From: Trypanosoma brucei
Taxonomy: Eukaryota
Direction of reading: 5' to 3'
DNA: 64,000 nt
NCBI GenBank assembly: GCA_000002445.1
Contig: CP000070.1
Coordinates: 576,001 to 640,000, forward strand
This document shows, piece by piece, positions 22,387-33,924 of the stretch; the stretch's first letter is position 1, and each line of letters starts with the position of its first letter. The notes under the pieces are model-generated. The model was not told where the DNA came from, ran no database searches, and was given only the letters and a program-made list of their open reading frames with translations. A program made the position numbers and the translations under genes.

Positions 22387-23447
22387 CAGTTAGTGTCGCT
22401 GTGAGTGTCTATACTTAACAAAATACACACGAATGTGCGCAGGAGTTCTTGTTCCTAGTTCTCAGTTCCTGCTTCTGCAACTCCAAACAGGAAAAAAAAG
22501 GAAGTACAAAAACACTCGGTACGTAGGCGACCGTCAATACACAAACAAGGAAGAGCACACGGCGAAATATGCCACAGTAAAAAGAAAAAAAAAGAACACA
22601 ACTGTTTCGTGAATAAATTGAACTTCTGGAACAGCATTCAATGGGAGGAAATCTATGAACTAATTTGTCAGAAACGATCCAACTTAGCGCCCATTTGGTA
22701 TCACAAAGTAATGGAAACTTATACGACATGAACCACCTTCGCAAAACAAAACGCCGGTATCTCAAAAATATCTAGAATACCTCTTTCCTACAAAATAAAC
22801 GTAAATTTACTGCACAACACACAATACCAAATAAGAAATCATCCCAAACGTCCCCCTACCAACTGAGTGACACGATCAAACAGTTTAGAAATTAATGATT
22901 GAGATTTTTAAAATGTCAAAGGGGGATTGACGCAAATAACAAACCACAACACCATGGAATTTTAACGTACAAAAAAAGCACTTGTCATTGAGCCTAACGT
23001 CAAGAAGGGTCACAGCACTTATACCTGCAAAAAGGCTGAGAAATAAATCAAATAAAACAATAACAACAACGAGAACATCAATAAAGTGCAATGTGTCATA
23101 ATGAACAGTGGGCACCCAACCAATACAACCCAACAATCATCACACAAAACTTTACATCACTCACCCCAAAAAGGACCCTTTTCGGTTTTTTGAATATAGA
23201 AAATGCACATAAAAAACAAAGATATGACTAAACAGCACGACATCATTAACAGAGAAAGTGAGGTAAGAGCGAAAATAACACAGATATTAACAATTCAAGA
23301 AGAGAAATTACAAAACTTCAAAAAAAGAAAAAGTTTGCGGTCAAGGAAAAGGGACACAAACACATCCAAAACTATGCTCAATACACAAGAAAACATCTAA
23401 AAAATATTCTAGCAGTAACACAAAGTATAGAAAAAAAAATCACGATC

Positions 23448-26400
23448 TCAGCGGTTACGGATAACCCATCTCTCCAACACACAACCACACGTAAATGAAG
23501 CAACATCAACCCGCATATTCGGAGTACCACGACGTTTTTCTAAATCATTTACCGGACGGGAAACAAAACGCTTCAGCAACCGTTTGAACCGCCTATCCTC
23601 CTCCTGCAATAAAAGAATCCGCTCATCCTCCTCCACGTCCATAAGACTACAGGAAAAAGAACCAGAAGCGTCAACTCCTTCTCCTGCGCGTAAGCCGTCA
23701 TTTTGCAAAGAAGTTCCAGCACCATATGTATTGAAGGCACCAAGTGCAAGTCCCCTCCTGTCACTATCAAATCCAGAATATAGCACATCACCAGCTTTAT
23801 CACCGAAGGTAGATTCTGCAGTTTCACCAGCACTAAAAGGTCGCAACGAGTCAACTCCTTCTCCTGCGCGTAAGCCGTCATTTTGCAAAGAAGTTCCAGC
23901 ACCATATGTATTGAAGGCACCAAGTGCAAGTCCCCTCCTCTCACTATCAAATCCAGAATATGGCACATCACCAGCTTTATCACCGAAGGTAGATTCCGTA
24001 CTTTCACCAGCACTAAAAGTTATCAACGTTTCAGCAAAAAAATACAACCCTTTAGGGTCCTGTGTTTCAGTTGTGGTGGCATTATCCATAGATATCGCAA
24101 GCATGTCATCAGTGAATTGATCATGGAGATCAAATGCACAATCATCATATGCACACACAATATCTTTGCGGGAGGCGTCCTCTTCACCTTCAATAGCAGA
24201 AGCACATAATGCAAACCGCTCACGGCATTCATCACCTTGCAATCCTTCACGGTCCTGTGTTTCAGTTGTGGTGACATTATCCATAGATATTGCAAGCATG
24301 TCATCAGTAAATTGATCATGGAGATCAAATGCACAATCATCATATGCACACACAATATCTTTGCGGGAGGCGTCCTCTTCACCTTCAATAGCAGAAGCAC
24401 ATAATGCAAACCGCTCACGGCATTCATCACCTTGCAATCCTTCACGGTCCTGTGTTTCAGTTGTGGTGACATTATCCATAGATATCGCAAGCATGTCATC
24501 AGTGAATTGATCATGGAGATCAAATGCACAATCATCATATGCACAGACAATATCTTTGCGGGAGGCGTCCTCTTCACCTTCAATAGCAGAAGCACATAAT
24601 GCAAACCGCTCACGGCATTCATCACCTTGCAATCCTTCACGGTCCTGTGTTTCAGTTGCGGTGACATTATCCATAGATATTGCAAGCATGTCATCAGTGA
24701 ATTGATCATGGAGATCAAATGCACAATCATCATATGCACACACAATATCTTTGCGGGAGGCGTCCTCTTCACCTTCAATAGCAGAAGCACATAATGCAAA
24801 CCGCTCACGGCATTCATCACCTTGCAATCCTTCACGGTCCTGTGTTTCAGTCGTGGTGACATTATCCATAGATATTGCAAGCATGTCATCAGTGAATTGA
24901 TCATGGAGATCAAATGCACAATCATCATATGCACACACAATATCTTTGCGGGAGGCGTCCTCTTCACCTTCAATAGCAGAAGCACATAATGCAAACCGCT
25001 CACGGCATTCATCACCTTGCAATCCTTCACGGTCCTGTGTTTCAGTTGTGGTGGCATTATCCATAGATATTGCAAGCATGTCATCAGTGAATTGATCATG
25101 GAGATCAAATGCACAATCAACTTTTGTAGATGTACTGCGTATACGTGTTTCGTTGGATTTGTTATTTGTTTCCGCTGAGTTATTTTTTGTGCTGTTTTCA
25201 TTGTCTTTATCCGATATGCCTTGATGATTGTTTTCTTTGATTTCGTGTGAATATTCGTCTTTTTTTTTCTCTTCTATTTTTTTTTGTATTTTTTCTTTAT
25301 TTGCATCTTCGTAAATTTCTTCTTTTTGTGTTTTATTTGTGTTTCGTAGTATGTTGAACATGGCGTTTACCTCGTTTTCCATTATCTTATCCCTCTCGTG
25401 CTCCTCCCTGCATATTATTCTTTGCTTGTAGTTTTTCCTTTGTTCATGTGTGTTTATGATCCCCTCTCGTTCTGTTGTCTTTATTTTTTCTGGCTCTTCA
25501 TCGTCTGCCTTTATGTGTCGTTTAGTTGGTGATTGCGTTGAAGCCATGTCCTGTGTTTCGTTGAGCGTCGTTGGTGTGGAGTGTGACACTTTGTCGTTTT
25601 TCCATAAAATATTTATGAGTTCGTATATTTCTTGATCCATCGCCTCATCCAAGTCGGAGTCCCAAGAGTTCCATAGAAGGAGACTCTCATTGGTGTTAGA
25701 TTTTCTAACTGGATATTTTTCAGTTGGATGTCCTTTCTCATCTATTTCCTCTTTCTTTATTCGTGCAGCGTTTAACATTTTTAGTGCCAATCTCATCCTT
25801 GTTTGTAATTTATGGATTGCAATGGCGTGTTCAAGATACATTCGTTGACGTTGTGCTGACTCTTGTATACGCAGCTTTTCAGTTTGTAGCGGATACGCGT
25901 AACTAATCCATTCACCTGGGTTTATTTCCACCGCTGGTTCCTCCTCGTCGCTACACTCGCCGCCATCAACCTTCCTCGTGAGGTTGCGCCTATCGACGCT
26001 TTCCTTGCTAACTATCAAGTTGCGTCTCTCCTCCTCCTTCTCGATTACAGCATGTACATTTTGTAGTGCTAACCACATCTTTTCTTCTGCATCTAACCGC
26101 TGCTGATAAGCTTTAACCTGAAGCACTCTATGTGTCATCATTTTTTGAATTAGAGCGGAATACGCTTCCATTTCTTCTATGTGGAGTTCATGCCGTGCAA
26201 TGTCCTCATCGTGCTGAACCCTCCAACATGGGGGGTCAGTTGATACTTCACGCCGGCTCCTCTCTACACTACCCTTCAGGTCATCTGTGACGATGTGAGC
26301 AATTATATCAGCAGCCGGAGAAAGCGCAGGACTCTTAGAATGGCCTCGCCCCCTGGGCACAGACACTGTGTCGCCGCTGAACAGAATAGAACCGAAGCGA

Positions 26401-26747
26401 CCGATAGAGGTTGTTGCACTCATTGGGTGAGCACGTGCTGCTTTGAACCCCTGTCCAACCTGCCCACCATAAGAACGATGGAAGGCGGAGTTAAGCCTAA
26501 TGGGAGAAGGAGGGTTCTTTTCATAATACCGCGATGCAGACCGCGTGTCAACATCTTCCCACATCCCCACAGTACTGGTGCGAGAGACGCGATCTTGTGG
26601 AGCGGAAGGGGGTGGGGATGACGTGAAGCTGGCTACGGTTTTGCTCTCCAAACTATCCCTTCTAGTCGCCGCACGCTTGAGGAGCCCTGCAGCCCGCGCT
26701 AAACCTCCACGGCGTCTCGATGGCGCATCCGTATTTCGCGATCTCAT
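23448..26747 (-). CDS. large repeat-containing protein (N-terminal coiled-coil region; 5.5 x 65-aa acidic Cys-containing repeats; 2 x 60-aa Gly/Ser-rich repeats)
   Basis: 3.3-kb ORF. ATG at 26747 (track start 26765 is TTG). Internal 195-nt and 180-nt tandem repeats are in frame. Artefactual ORFs are open in the other frames and strand across the array because the period is a multiple of 3. Confidence 0.7.
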   Translation of the reverse strand: MRSRNTDAPSRRRGGLARAAGLLKRAATRRDSLESKTVASFTSSPPPSAPQDRVSRTSTVGMWEDVDTRSASRYYEKNPPSPIRLNSAFHRSYGGQVGQGFKAARAHPMSATTSIGRFGSILFSGDTVSVPRGRGHSKSPALSPAADIIAHIVTDDLKGSVERSRREVSTDPPCWRVQHDEDIARHELHIEEMEAYSALIQKMMTHRVLQVKAYQQRLDAEEKMWLALQNVHAVIEKEEERRNLIVSKESVDRRNLTRKVDGGECSDEEEPAVEINPGEWISYAYPLQTEKLRIQESAQRQRMYLEHAIAIHKLQTRMRLALKMLNAARIKKEEIDEKGHPTEKYPVRKSNTNESLLLWNSWDSDLDEAMDQEIYELINILWKNDKVSHSTPTTLNETQDMASTQSPTKRHIKADDEEPEKIKTTEREGIINTHEQRKNYKQRIICREEHERDKIMENEVNAMFNILRNTNKTQKEEIYEDANKEKIQKKIEEKKKDEYSHEIKENNHQGISDKDNENSTKNNSAETNNKSNETRIRSTSTKVDCAFDLHDQFTDDMLAISMDNATTTETQDREGLQGDECRERFALCASAIEGEEDASRKDIVCAYDDCAFDLHDQFTDDMLAISMDNVTTTETQDREGLQGDECRERFALCASAIEGEEDASRKDIVCAYDDCAFDLHDQFTDDMLAISMDNVTATETQDREGLQGDECRERFALCASAIEGEEDASRKDIVCAYDDCAFDLHDQFTDDMLAISMDNVTTTETQDREGLQGDECRERFALCASAIEGEEDASRKDIVCAYDDCAFDLHDQFTDDMLAISMDNVTTTETQDREGLQGDECRERFALCASAIEGEEDASRKDIVCAYDDCAFDLHDQFTDDMLAISMDNATTTETQDPKGLYFFAETLITFSAGESTESTFGDKAGDVPYSGFDSERRGLALGAFNTYGAGTSLQNDGLRAGEGVDSLRPFSAGETAESTFGDKAGDVLYSGFDSDRRGLALGAFNTYGAGTSLQNDGLRAGEGVDASGSFSCSLMDVEEDERILLLQEEDRRFKRLLKRFVSRPVNDLEKRRGTPNMRVDVASFTCGCVLERWVIRNR
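23668..24030 (-). repeat. tandem repeat, period 180 bp, 2 copies (coding: FSAGE(S/T)(T/A)ESTFGDKAGDV(P/L)YSGFDS(E/D)RRGLALGAFNTYGAGTSLQNDGLRAGEGVD...)
   Basis: tcaactccttctcctgcgcgtaagccgtcattttgcaaagaagttccagcacc at 23671 and 23851. Near-identical over ~180 bp. Confidence 0.9.
24055..25129 (-). repeat. tandem repeat array, period 195 bp, ~5.5 copies, >97% identical (coding: DDCAFDLHDQFTDDMLAISMDNVTTTETQDREGLQGDECRERFALCASAIEGEEDASRKDIVCAY)
   Basis: The repeat anchor tcctgtgtttcag recurs at 24058, 24253, 24448, 24643, 24838 and 25033. Copies differ by only a few SNPs (gtggtggc/gtggtgac, atatcgc/atattgc, cacacaat/cagacaat). Confidence 0.95.
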
Positions 26748-28088
26748 CAGAAGATGCGCTGGCAACTAACGAAATGCGGTAGTTGTGGAAACACACCCAC
26801 GTACTTGGTAACCGTGATAGGCGTTCAGTCTTGTGCAGATGAGTGACTAATATATATATATTAGACAGGAAACTTGAAGGTAGATGTGCTCCTGGCACCT
26901 TCACACTGAGGGCAACTCAAATGACTAAATTCTTCTTTGTCACCGCTGCTGCTTCCTGTGAATACCTGGTGTCTTAAGGCAACCAGCGTTGCACGTAAGT
27001 GAAACTTCTTCCAATTGCTTTCCGTGTCTCTTTACAGCGATATTGCGTCGCTCGTTATAATACCTAAAGTCACCTCTGCACCACGGAATAACACTCACCA
27101 ACGCATAAGACGTTGATAAGGGAGGGGGAAAGCCTGGCACTTGTCGCACTTTCACGCCGCAGCGTATTGACCTGTGTCCGCAACAGGTGGGTTCGGCTCC
27201 TATTAAGCGCTCAAAGAAGAACTTCCAGGTAAACGAACGCGTCTACAAAAGTGCGCACGAAGACGGTGATACTGTCACGAAAAAAACAGAAAGAGAGAAG
27301 ATTCACACCTCCACTCCACCAAAAATGAGTGGAGAATTCAAACTCCCTTTTACTTAATGCCCTTTTGGTGTGTTTTATACCACCACAGAAGCAGCACCAG
27401 TCACAGGTTCGTGCGAATTTGCCCGGCCCCAACTGCCTTCCGTCGTGCACACACTACCAGGGGGTTAGACAAACTCCGTCAACCTAAAAACAAAAACAAA
27501 ACAAGTGCCAATAAATGTGTATATATGTATAACTAATAACACAATCACACTTAACCTCCCCCTCCCTGGCTATCGGCCAAATTTTCTTATTTCTCTTTTT
27601 TCTTACCTACCTGGAATGTGGGTTAAGAGTTTTTATTACAAAATATTCTTTCTTTTATTTATCCCTGTTTGTTGTCAGGTTTTTAATCCGCTGTACCCCG
27701 TTATCAGCCCACCTGTCGTCCTTTCCTAAATCCCTTTCCTCACTTAATTCAGAGAAACAGCTGCACGGAAAGTGCTTTGAATAAAATGATCCAGTAAATA
27801 CGTCCCACCAATAAGCCTTTGTTGAGATACAGCACCTAATGTACATTTAAAAAAAAACAGAAAAGAAAGGCGAGGAAAAAAGAAAACGAACATCCAAACC
27901 AAATTCAATATCAACAAGCAGACATAACACGGAATAAGATGTCAAAACAGCAGGGACTCCCCCCCTCATACCAACCAAAAAAAATGGAGTGCTTTCACAA
28001 GCAATAAAAAAAAAGAAAGAAAGAACATAACTAAACTTAGTGTTCTTGATCGAAGGGAAGGCAACACAATACCACAAAATGATGCATC

Positions 28089-28612
28089 GGCAGGCGTGAA
28101 ACAAGACCAAACAAGTCATGGATTGCATCCCATTCAACTCTCCATGCTTCACTACTTGAGGGGAATGAAACGAGAAGAGTGAGTCGCACCAAAACCGGGG
28201 CGGCCGTGAGCGACAGGTTTGTACGTCAGCGAGAACTCTCCAAGATAATGGCCAATCATCTCACCCTTGATCTCCACCGCATTAAACTGGCGACCATTGT
28301 AGATTCCCACAACAGAACCCACCATCTCAGGCGTGATCACAACATCACGAAGGTGTGTCTTCACAGCTTTCGGTTTCTCACCGGCCTTCACGTTCTTCTT
28401 CGCCTCACGCAGGCGCTTCAAAAGCACAGGGGCGCGACGGTCCGCGTGGCGGTTCATGCGTCTACGGGCGCGAGCATGCACAAGTGCCTTGAACTCCTCC
28501 TCAGTGAGCGCAAGTAGTGGGTCGATTTCGTGGCCACGGTACGTGAATTTGTGGAAGGTACGCTCCTTCTTCAGCTGTTCGTACCGCTCCTGTGTAATGT
28601 TCGACGCCATCG
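28089..28612 (-). repeat. dispersed direct duplication unit A (RPS15 CDS + ~60 nt 3' flank), identical to 35233-35756
   Basis: Nucleotide identity runs from ~60 nt downstream of the stop codon (acaagaccaaacaagtcatggattgc...) through the CDS to 3 nt past the ATG, then ends abruptly. Confidence 0.9.
28152..28610 (-). CDS. RPS15: 40S ribosomal protein S15 (uS19), copy 1
   Basis: 152 aa. The C-terminal [22 protein letters not shown] and central [35 protein letters not shown] are hallmark uS19/S15 sequence. ATG start confirmed. Confidence 0.95.
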   Translation of the reverse strand: MASNITQERYEQLKKERTFHKFTYRGHEIDPLLALTEEEFKALVHARARRRMNRHADRRAPVLLKRLREAKKNVKAGEKPKAVKTHLRDVVITPEMVGSVVGIYNGRQFNAVEIKGEMIGHYLGEFSLTYKPVAHGRPGFGATHSSRFIPLK

Positions 28613-28642
28613 CCTTCTCTCCGTCTACACGATATTAATTAT

Positions 28643-28697
28643 AAGGAAAAGGGAGGGAAAAGACATAAAAGCGGAAAGCCACCAGGAAGGGAAAAGC
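28643..28697 (-). promoter_or_regulatory. polypyrimidine tract / trans-splice acceptor region upstream of RPS15 copy 1
   Basis: Plus-strand purine run (aaggaaaagggagggaaaagacataaaagcggaaagccaccaggaagggaaaagcc), i.e. a pyrimidine tract on the coding strand 30-90 nt 5' of the ATG. This is the typical kinetoplastid SL-addition signal. Inferred, not mapped. Confidence 0.45.
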
Positions 28698-29376
28698 CGT
28701 TACTCCAACAAACGCTTAGGTGTGTTAACACCACTTTTGGAGACGAACACCTTATCACAAGTGACGGCCTCCTCTTCGTTCGTACATATGAATATATAAA
28801 TATATATCAAACTGTTACAATCAGGGGGGAGAGAAACGCGAGGCCGGTGGACCGCAAGTCATCTGAAGAAGTGATCATATCCAAAGCATCGTAAAAAGTG
28901 AACACCTTTCCGCGTTCTGTATCGGAACATCTACATCAACAAACAGCTATAATGAAGACCAAACAGAGAATATATTCAGCCACAAGTTTCCTCGTTTTGA
29001 TTCTCCGAAAATTGGTAACCGCGTCATGGAAAATGTAGCGAAGGATCATCTGCCATGATCTGGCACCAACCCGATCAGCTAGTTGCGCATATCTCAGGTG
29101 GATGTGATCCCGTTGGGTGGGGTTATACACGTACAAATACACATGCGTGCTTATATTTCATACGCATGTATTAACAAAGTCGAGACCCACAGCTGGAGGA
29201 GGGGGGGCTGTGATATTTTTCGTTGGCAATCCCCTCCTTCTTGCTTGTGCTCTTTCCACCTCACCAGCAGCCTCTACCGAGCTTCTTCAGGCCCCCTTGT
29301 CTCACACGTCCTTTTATTTCTTAGCACAACATGATCGCAACCTCTCTTCAAGAGAGGAAAAATTCTTTAAAGGAAG

Positions 29377-32300
29377 CTAATCTTCTCTTTCCGTTTTCGC
29401 ATCTCCGTCAGAAAAGACGCTGTTGGGTATCGAGATGACCGTCTGGCGTAAAGCAGCACAAAAATCGTACCACTCCACAACGTCCTTGTCCGACTGCACT
29501 ACGAGACTTAGTGGCACACAGTCATTTGTAGGGTCCCGAAGACTCGATGTCGGTGGTGACGGTACGTTACTTTCATTCGCCCGTTGTTTTCCTTTGCTAA
29601 TACTTTTAGATCGGCTCCTTCTCCCCTTCACACCTTCACTGTTTTCTCGTTGGTTTTTGTTCTCTCTCGGTGACGGGTGGTTTGTTTTCACGGCGGAAAC
29701 CGTTGGTGAAGAGACCAACTTTGATCCCGATGCATCAATGGAAAAGTGAATCGAGCTTCCAATGTGTTTAACCCGTGTCAGAACATCTGTGAAGACTGCC
29801 TCCAAAGAAATATCTTTGAAAGGTTGAATGAAGGCCGTCCGCTCCAGCCTTAACATATCATACGACTCTGATAGATTGAGGGGTTGCGGATTCTCTTTGT
29901 TCGGTGAAGAATCTCTTTGCTTATCCGCCTTGCTTCGCATGAAAGGGCAGGAGCGCTGAAGATAGGTTTCTGATGGTTCATATTTGTTCTCGTCGAATGC
30001 CTGCATCGCAGCGGTTGAGGTTACGATCGGGAGCAAGAAAACACCCGCGACCACCTGGCTCTCAACTATGAAGGGACCAAGAATACTTTCAATAATATCA
30101 TATACGTATTCATGAGATCTAATGACGAGGCGGCGCCAAAAGCGAGTGAGAACCGACGCGCCTACGCGGTAATGACTACTATTCGGCTCTACTTTCACAA
30201 TGCCTTGTCCTTGGTAGGATGGCCGATGACGCACCTTTCGCTCGTCGGCTCGCGGCGCGGCTTCGTCGGCTGATACATCCTTGAAATTTATCCTCCCACC
30301 AACAACCGGCACGTCACTCTCCCTAAATGTCTCAGCCACCGCAAGAACGACGCAGCGCCCAACCTGCGCATCCATATCGCCCACCACCTTGAGAACCGAT
30401 GACACAAGTTTGTTGTATGTAAACAAGTTGCTTCCGTCTGTGTCATATTTTAATATCCCTGCCTCCGCGTTCCGTAATACTCGTTCCATCAAACCGAACA
30501 ACCCAAGTGGTAGCCGGCCATCCAACACATTGACGAAGAGATAACACAATGGTTGTGTATCCTTGTGCCGCCGAGCAGCGTACCAGAGGTTGTAGCTTAC
30601 TTTGGCAAACTCCATTTCAACTGCGGCGGCGGAGTTATTAGATGGATACGTGGGAGCCACGGTCCCTGACTGGAATAAGTGCTGATGAGGCGACCCGTAG
30701 GTATACGTCCGAAGAAAATTGTTGAGGAAATAGGTAACCACGTAACCAAAAGGAACATTTTCTACGCGTTCCTCCACTTCTGACACTGTTGCATCGAGTC
30801 GAACAAGGTAATTTTCAATACGTTCGAACAATTGGTACACCCGAGGTATGAACATTTTAGAGTCCCGTTTGAAGCGGCACGCCAACCGTAATGCTTCAAA
30901 GCGAGAAAAGAAGTCGTACAAAAGGGAAGAAACATCCTCACCGCTCCAGTTAAGATTAGGAATATCGCAGTCAACGTTGGTGCGCAAAAAGTGGGGAATT
31001 TCGTTCCACATAGAATTTGGGAACACTGGAATGAGTCCCCAAACACCCTCATCCCCAACGGTTTTTAAGAGGTTCTCATCATCAATCCATTCGAGTACGT
31101 TCGCCAGACGACGCAGCGCAAGGACGGAGGAATTTAACTGGTGCTTAAGGTTCATTGCAACCGCTGTGAGTTCTGCAACAATTCCACACGTGCTCTTCTT
31201 TAAATCGACACCCAGATCCGTTTGAATGGCGAAGGGCAAGTTACGCGGTCGTGGCGTCAGAGGTACGTCATCGCCCTCAACCTCGGTGTTCATGAAGCGC
31301 TTCTCATGAATGTATTTTTCAAGGTCAACAATCTGTCCCTGAAGCGACGCTACTTGCAGACGAAGATTATTGTTACTGGTACGCAGACCATTAATTTGAA
31401 GTCGGTACGCGGAGCAATCATCAAAAGCATTATTCAGCAGCTCACGCTGAAGAGTAAGACGCGAATTGCTCATTTCCTTACGTGAGGCCTCGATAAACTG
31501 AGGTGATACCTGCTCACTCAGTTTTTTCACGCCATCCTCATTGGAGTTGATCGCATTTGATGTCTTAGGTTTGTTGTACAGAAAGAGCGCATCGTCTATC
31601 TTGGGCACGTCAATGCGATGCTTTCTAAGGAGCGAACTCAAGTCCTCCACCTGGTTGACGAGTCCCTGGTTAGTTTTAAACACCAGTGTCACAAGCCTTT
31701 TCAGCATGTTGAACTCATCCTCCTTCCGCTCGCAATCATTCAATCGCGTCATCACAATCTCTTTCGCCTTCGATAGTTCGTCATCACGCTGCTTTCGCAA
31801 CGTAAACACCTCCTCGCGTAGTTGTTTTGCCACCGCCTCTGTTTTACGGTTTTCGCGGATAAGTTGAAGTACTTTTCCCTCGAAAAACTTTTCATATTTT
31901 TTATACACTGTTTCCTCCAACCGTTTCACCTCTGATGTGTGCGACTCCTGCATTGCCTCTAGCGCTGAGGCGAGTTCCTTTACATAACGCCGAGTTATCA
32001 GCATCACACCAGACAATGAAGGATACACACGACCCATATCGTCTAATGCCTTCGCCATGTTTATGGACCGCTGCGGCTCCGGCACATGTCTAGCGCAAGT
32101 GGTGCACATGCTAGTTTCAATTTCCTGTACTCGCTTCTTAGTGCTTGTTGTACCCTCCGTAGGAGTGGCGTCGGTGTTCCATACCTTATGCTCCAAAGCT
32201 CCCCTCCCACTTTTCAATAACGGCATGCAAACTGGTTGTTCAGATGGTTTCGTAGGTGTAGCCAAGTGAGCGTCACGCGTCGCCTTTCTTTTCTTGTTTG

Positions 32301-32436
32301 GGGTATCGAATCGCAGAGGTATTTGTGGCACGAAACTCATGGTTCGAGTTAGCGATCGTGCATTCGCCAGTGTGGATTCTAGAGAGCAACTCTGTAGTAC
32401 GCTGCGGCTAAGAGTGGTTTTAGCGTCATCGGACAT
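29377..32436 (-). CDS. hypothetical protein, 1019 aa, N-terminal coiled-coil region
   Basis: Uninterrupted 3-kb ORF with an ATG start. Residues ~150-400 are heptad-like (KRLEETVYKKYEKFFEGKVLQLIRENRKTEAVAKQLREEVFTLRKQRDDE..., LRLQVASLQGQIVDLEKYIHEK). A large globular C-terminal region has no motif I recognise. Confidence 0.65.
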   Translation of the reverse strand: MSDDAKTTLSRSVLQSCSLESTLANARSLTRTMSFVPQIPLRFDTPNKKRKATRDAHLATPTKPSEQPVCMPLLKSGRGALEHKVWNTDATPTEGTTSTKKRVQEIETSMCTTCARHVPEPQRSINMAKALDDMGRVYPSLSGVMLITRRYVKELASALEAMQESHTSEVKRLEETVYKKYEKFFEGKVLQLIRENRKTEAVAKQLREEVFTLRKQRDDELSKAKEIVMTRLNDCERKEDEFNMLKRLVTLVFKTNQGLVNQVEDLSSLLRKHRIDVPKIDDALFLYNKPKTSNAINSNEDGVKKLSEQVSPQFIEASRKEMSNSRLTLQRELLNNAFDDCSAYRLQINGLRTSNNNLRLQVASLQGQIVDLEKYIHEKRFMNTEVEGDDVPLTPRPRNLPFAIQTDLGVDLKKSTCGIVAELTAVAMNLKHQLNSSVLALRRLANVLEWIDDENLLKTVGDEGVWGLIPVFPNSMWNEIPHFLRTNVDCDIPNLNWSGEDVSSLLYDFFSRFEALRLACRFKRDSKMFIPRVYQLFERIENYLVRLDATVSEVEERVENVPFGYVVTYFLNNFLRTYTYGSPHQHLFQSGTVAPTYPSNNSAAAVEMEFAKVSYNLWYAARRHKDTQPLCYLFVNVLDGRLPLGLFGLMERVLRNAEAGILKYDTDGSNLFTYNKLVSSVLKVVGDMDAQVGRCVVLAVAETFRESDVPVVGGRINFKDVSADEAAPRADERKVRHRPSYQGQGIVKVEPNSSHYRVGASVLTRFWRRLVIRSHEYVYDIIESILGPFIVESQVVAGVFLLPIVTSTAAMQAFDENKYEPSETYLQRSCPFMRSKADKQRDSSPNKENPQPLNLSESYDMLRLERTAFIQPFKDISLEAVFTDVLTRVKHIGSSIHFSIDASGSKLVSSPTVSAVKTNHPSPRENKNQRENSEGVKGRRSRSKSISKGKQRANESNVPSPPTSSLRDPTNDCVPLSLVVQSDKDVVEWYDFCAALRQTVISIPNSVFSDGDAKTERED

Positions 32437-33924
32437 GCTGTCGTTTTTTGACAGTGACCACCGTTTTTATTGTATTGTCTCGACCACGACTCTTTGGTCC
32501 TATATTTACCTTCGCTCCGTGGCACTTCTACTGTTGATCGAAACCCCAATTGTCGGTCACTCCCTCACCACTTCGCTTCTTTGTATAACAATAATAATAA
32601 TAATGAAGGTAGGAGGTGAGGCCCTTGCTGTTAAAATTGGCCCCCTCCCTCCCTTGTTCCGTATACACGTTTCACAGGATGCGTACAAGGATAAAGAAGA
32701 AACAAATAGTGGGAAACAACTAATTTATGTACTTAAAGTTACGAACACCACAGTAGCAGAATTAAGAAAGAGGAATCGTAACACGCCGCAGTTCCCCGAC
32801 CAGTAAAAAAAAGGGGGCGTGTAAGTCGCGTTAGCGGAGGCCGCAGTACTGCTACCAAACAACTACACGAGGAAACGAAGTAAACGGAGCGAGTGACTAT
32901 CTGTATCCATGCGTAGTGGAGTATAGACATGATTAGCCCAAATTTCCCAACTACATTCCAACAAACTTCCCTCCCTTTCCTTTATAGCCACCAATAAGCT
33001 CTTCGTGGAAAGAACGAATCCTGGCAGAAAGCAGCTAAAACGGCTTTATATATATATATGTATATATGTAAGAGGACTCCTATTTTACTTTCTTTTTGAG
33101 GAAAAAGTATTCTCTGCAGCGCACCTTTCTTTCGATCTGTCACGCACACACAAGTCCTTCTCCCACGCCCTCTTTTAACCCACTTTCAACAGGTGAGAAA
33201 AAAGAAGTTAAAAAGAAGAGGTAAAAAAAAAATGCATCGGAGTGTGCGCACGAAGGCTCCTCATATGCACGTCATGCAAACATAACAATGCGCATTGTGG
33301 GCTGCCACTCTTCCTCAATACTTCAAAAACAAGCCCCTCCCCGAGTTTAAAGGTAGTCGTCACCGACTGTTGGCCTCCACACCGTTATTATTAAGTAACT
33401 TGTGTGACTCGACAACGCGCTGTCATCACAAATACACGCACGAATGACGAAGTGAAAAAAAATGAAGGAAAGAAGGGGGTAAGTGTAAACAAAACACAAT
33501 AATAATCTTATTCTTTATATTTTTTGTTTATTGTTTCACTTTTTGTTCGGCTCCTCCCTCAACTCGAATGGCAGCATCCACCATGAAATCCCTCATGTTC
33601 GCACGAGGATATTCTCCATCTACATGTAAGGCATTACACGCAACACACCACCACCGCTAGTGAGACGATCGATTTCTCGTGGAAAATAAAGAAGTCAACA
33701 GGTTGATTGTGCTCACCACCCCCTCCCTTTTCCTTTCTTTCAGTAAACCACACTCCACCCTATTACTCATACTCTTTTCAATCTCAGACATGCTCCACCT
33801 CCGCTTCAGTACATACGTCTCACGGTCTATCCCTAAACTGGATCAGCTTATCGCTACGGCTGCGCCTGCCAGGTAAACTCGTGAGCGATTGCACGCCTCT
33901 CCGTAAAAAGATGTTAAAAGAATC

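Noticed and set aside
23584-25201. Plus-strand ORFs 23584-24120 and 23883-24209 and minus-strand alternate-frame ORF 24023-25201 (392 aa) overlapping the repeat array
   Set aside because: Both repeat periods (195 and 180 nt) are multiples of 3. Every frame lacking a stop in one unit therefore stays open across the whole array. The translations are repetitive and low-complexity (LISMINSLMTCLQYLWIM... repeated). They are artefacts of the real minus-strand frame.
27175-27195. tRNA T-arm-like GGTTCGGCTCC
   Set aside because: Position 58 is G rather than the invariant A. No acceptor stem or anticodon-arm pairing can be built around it. No other tRNA-like boxes were found in the window.
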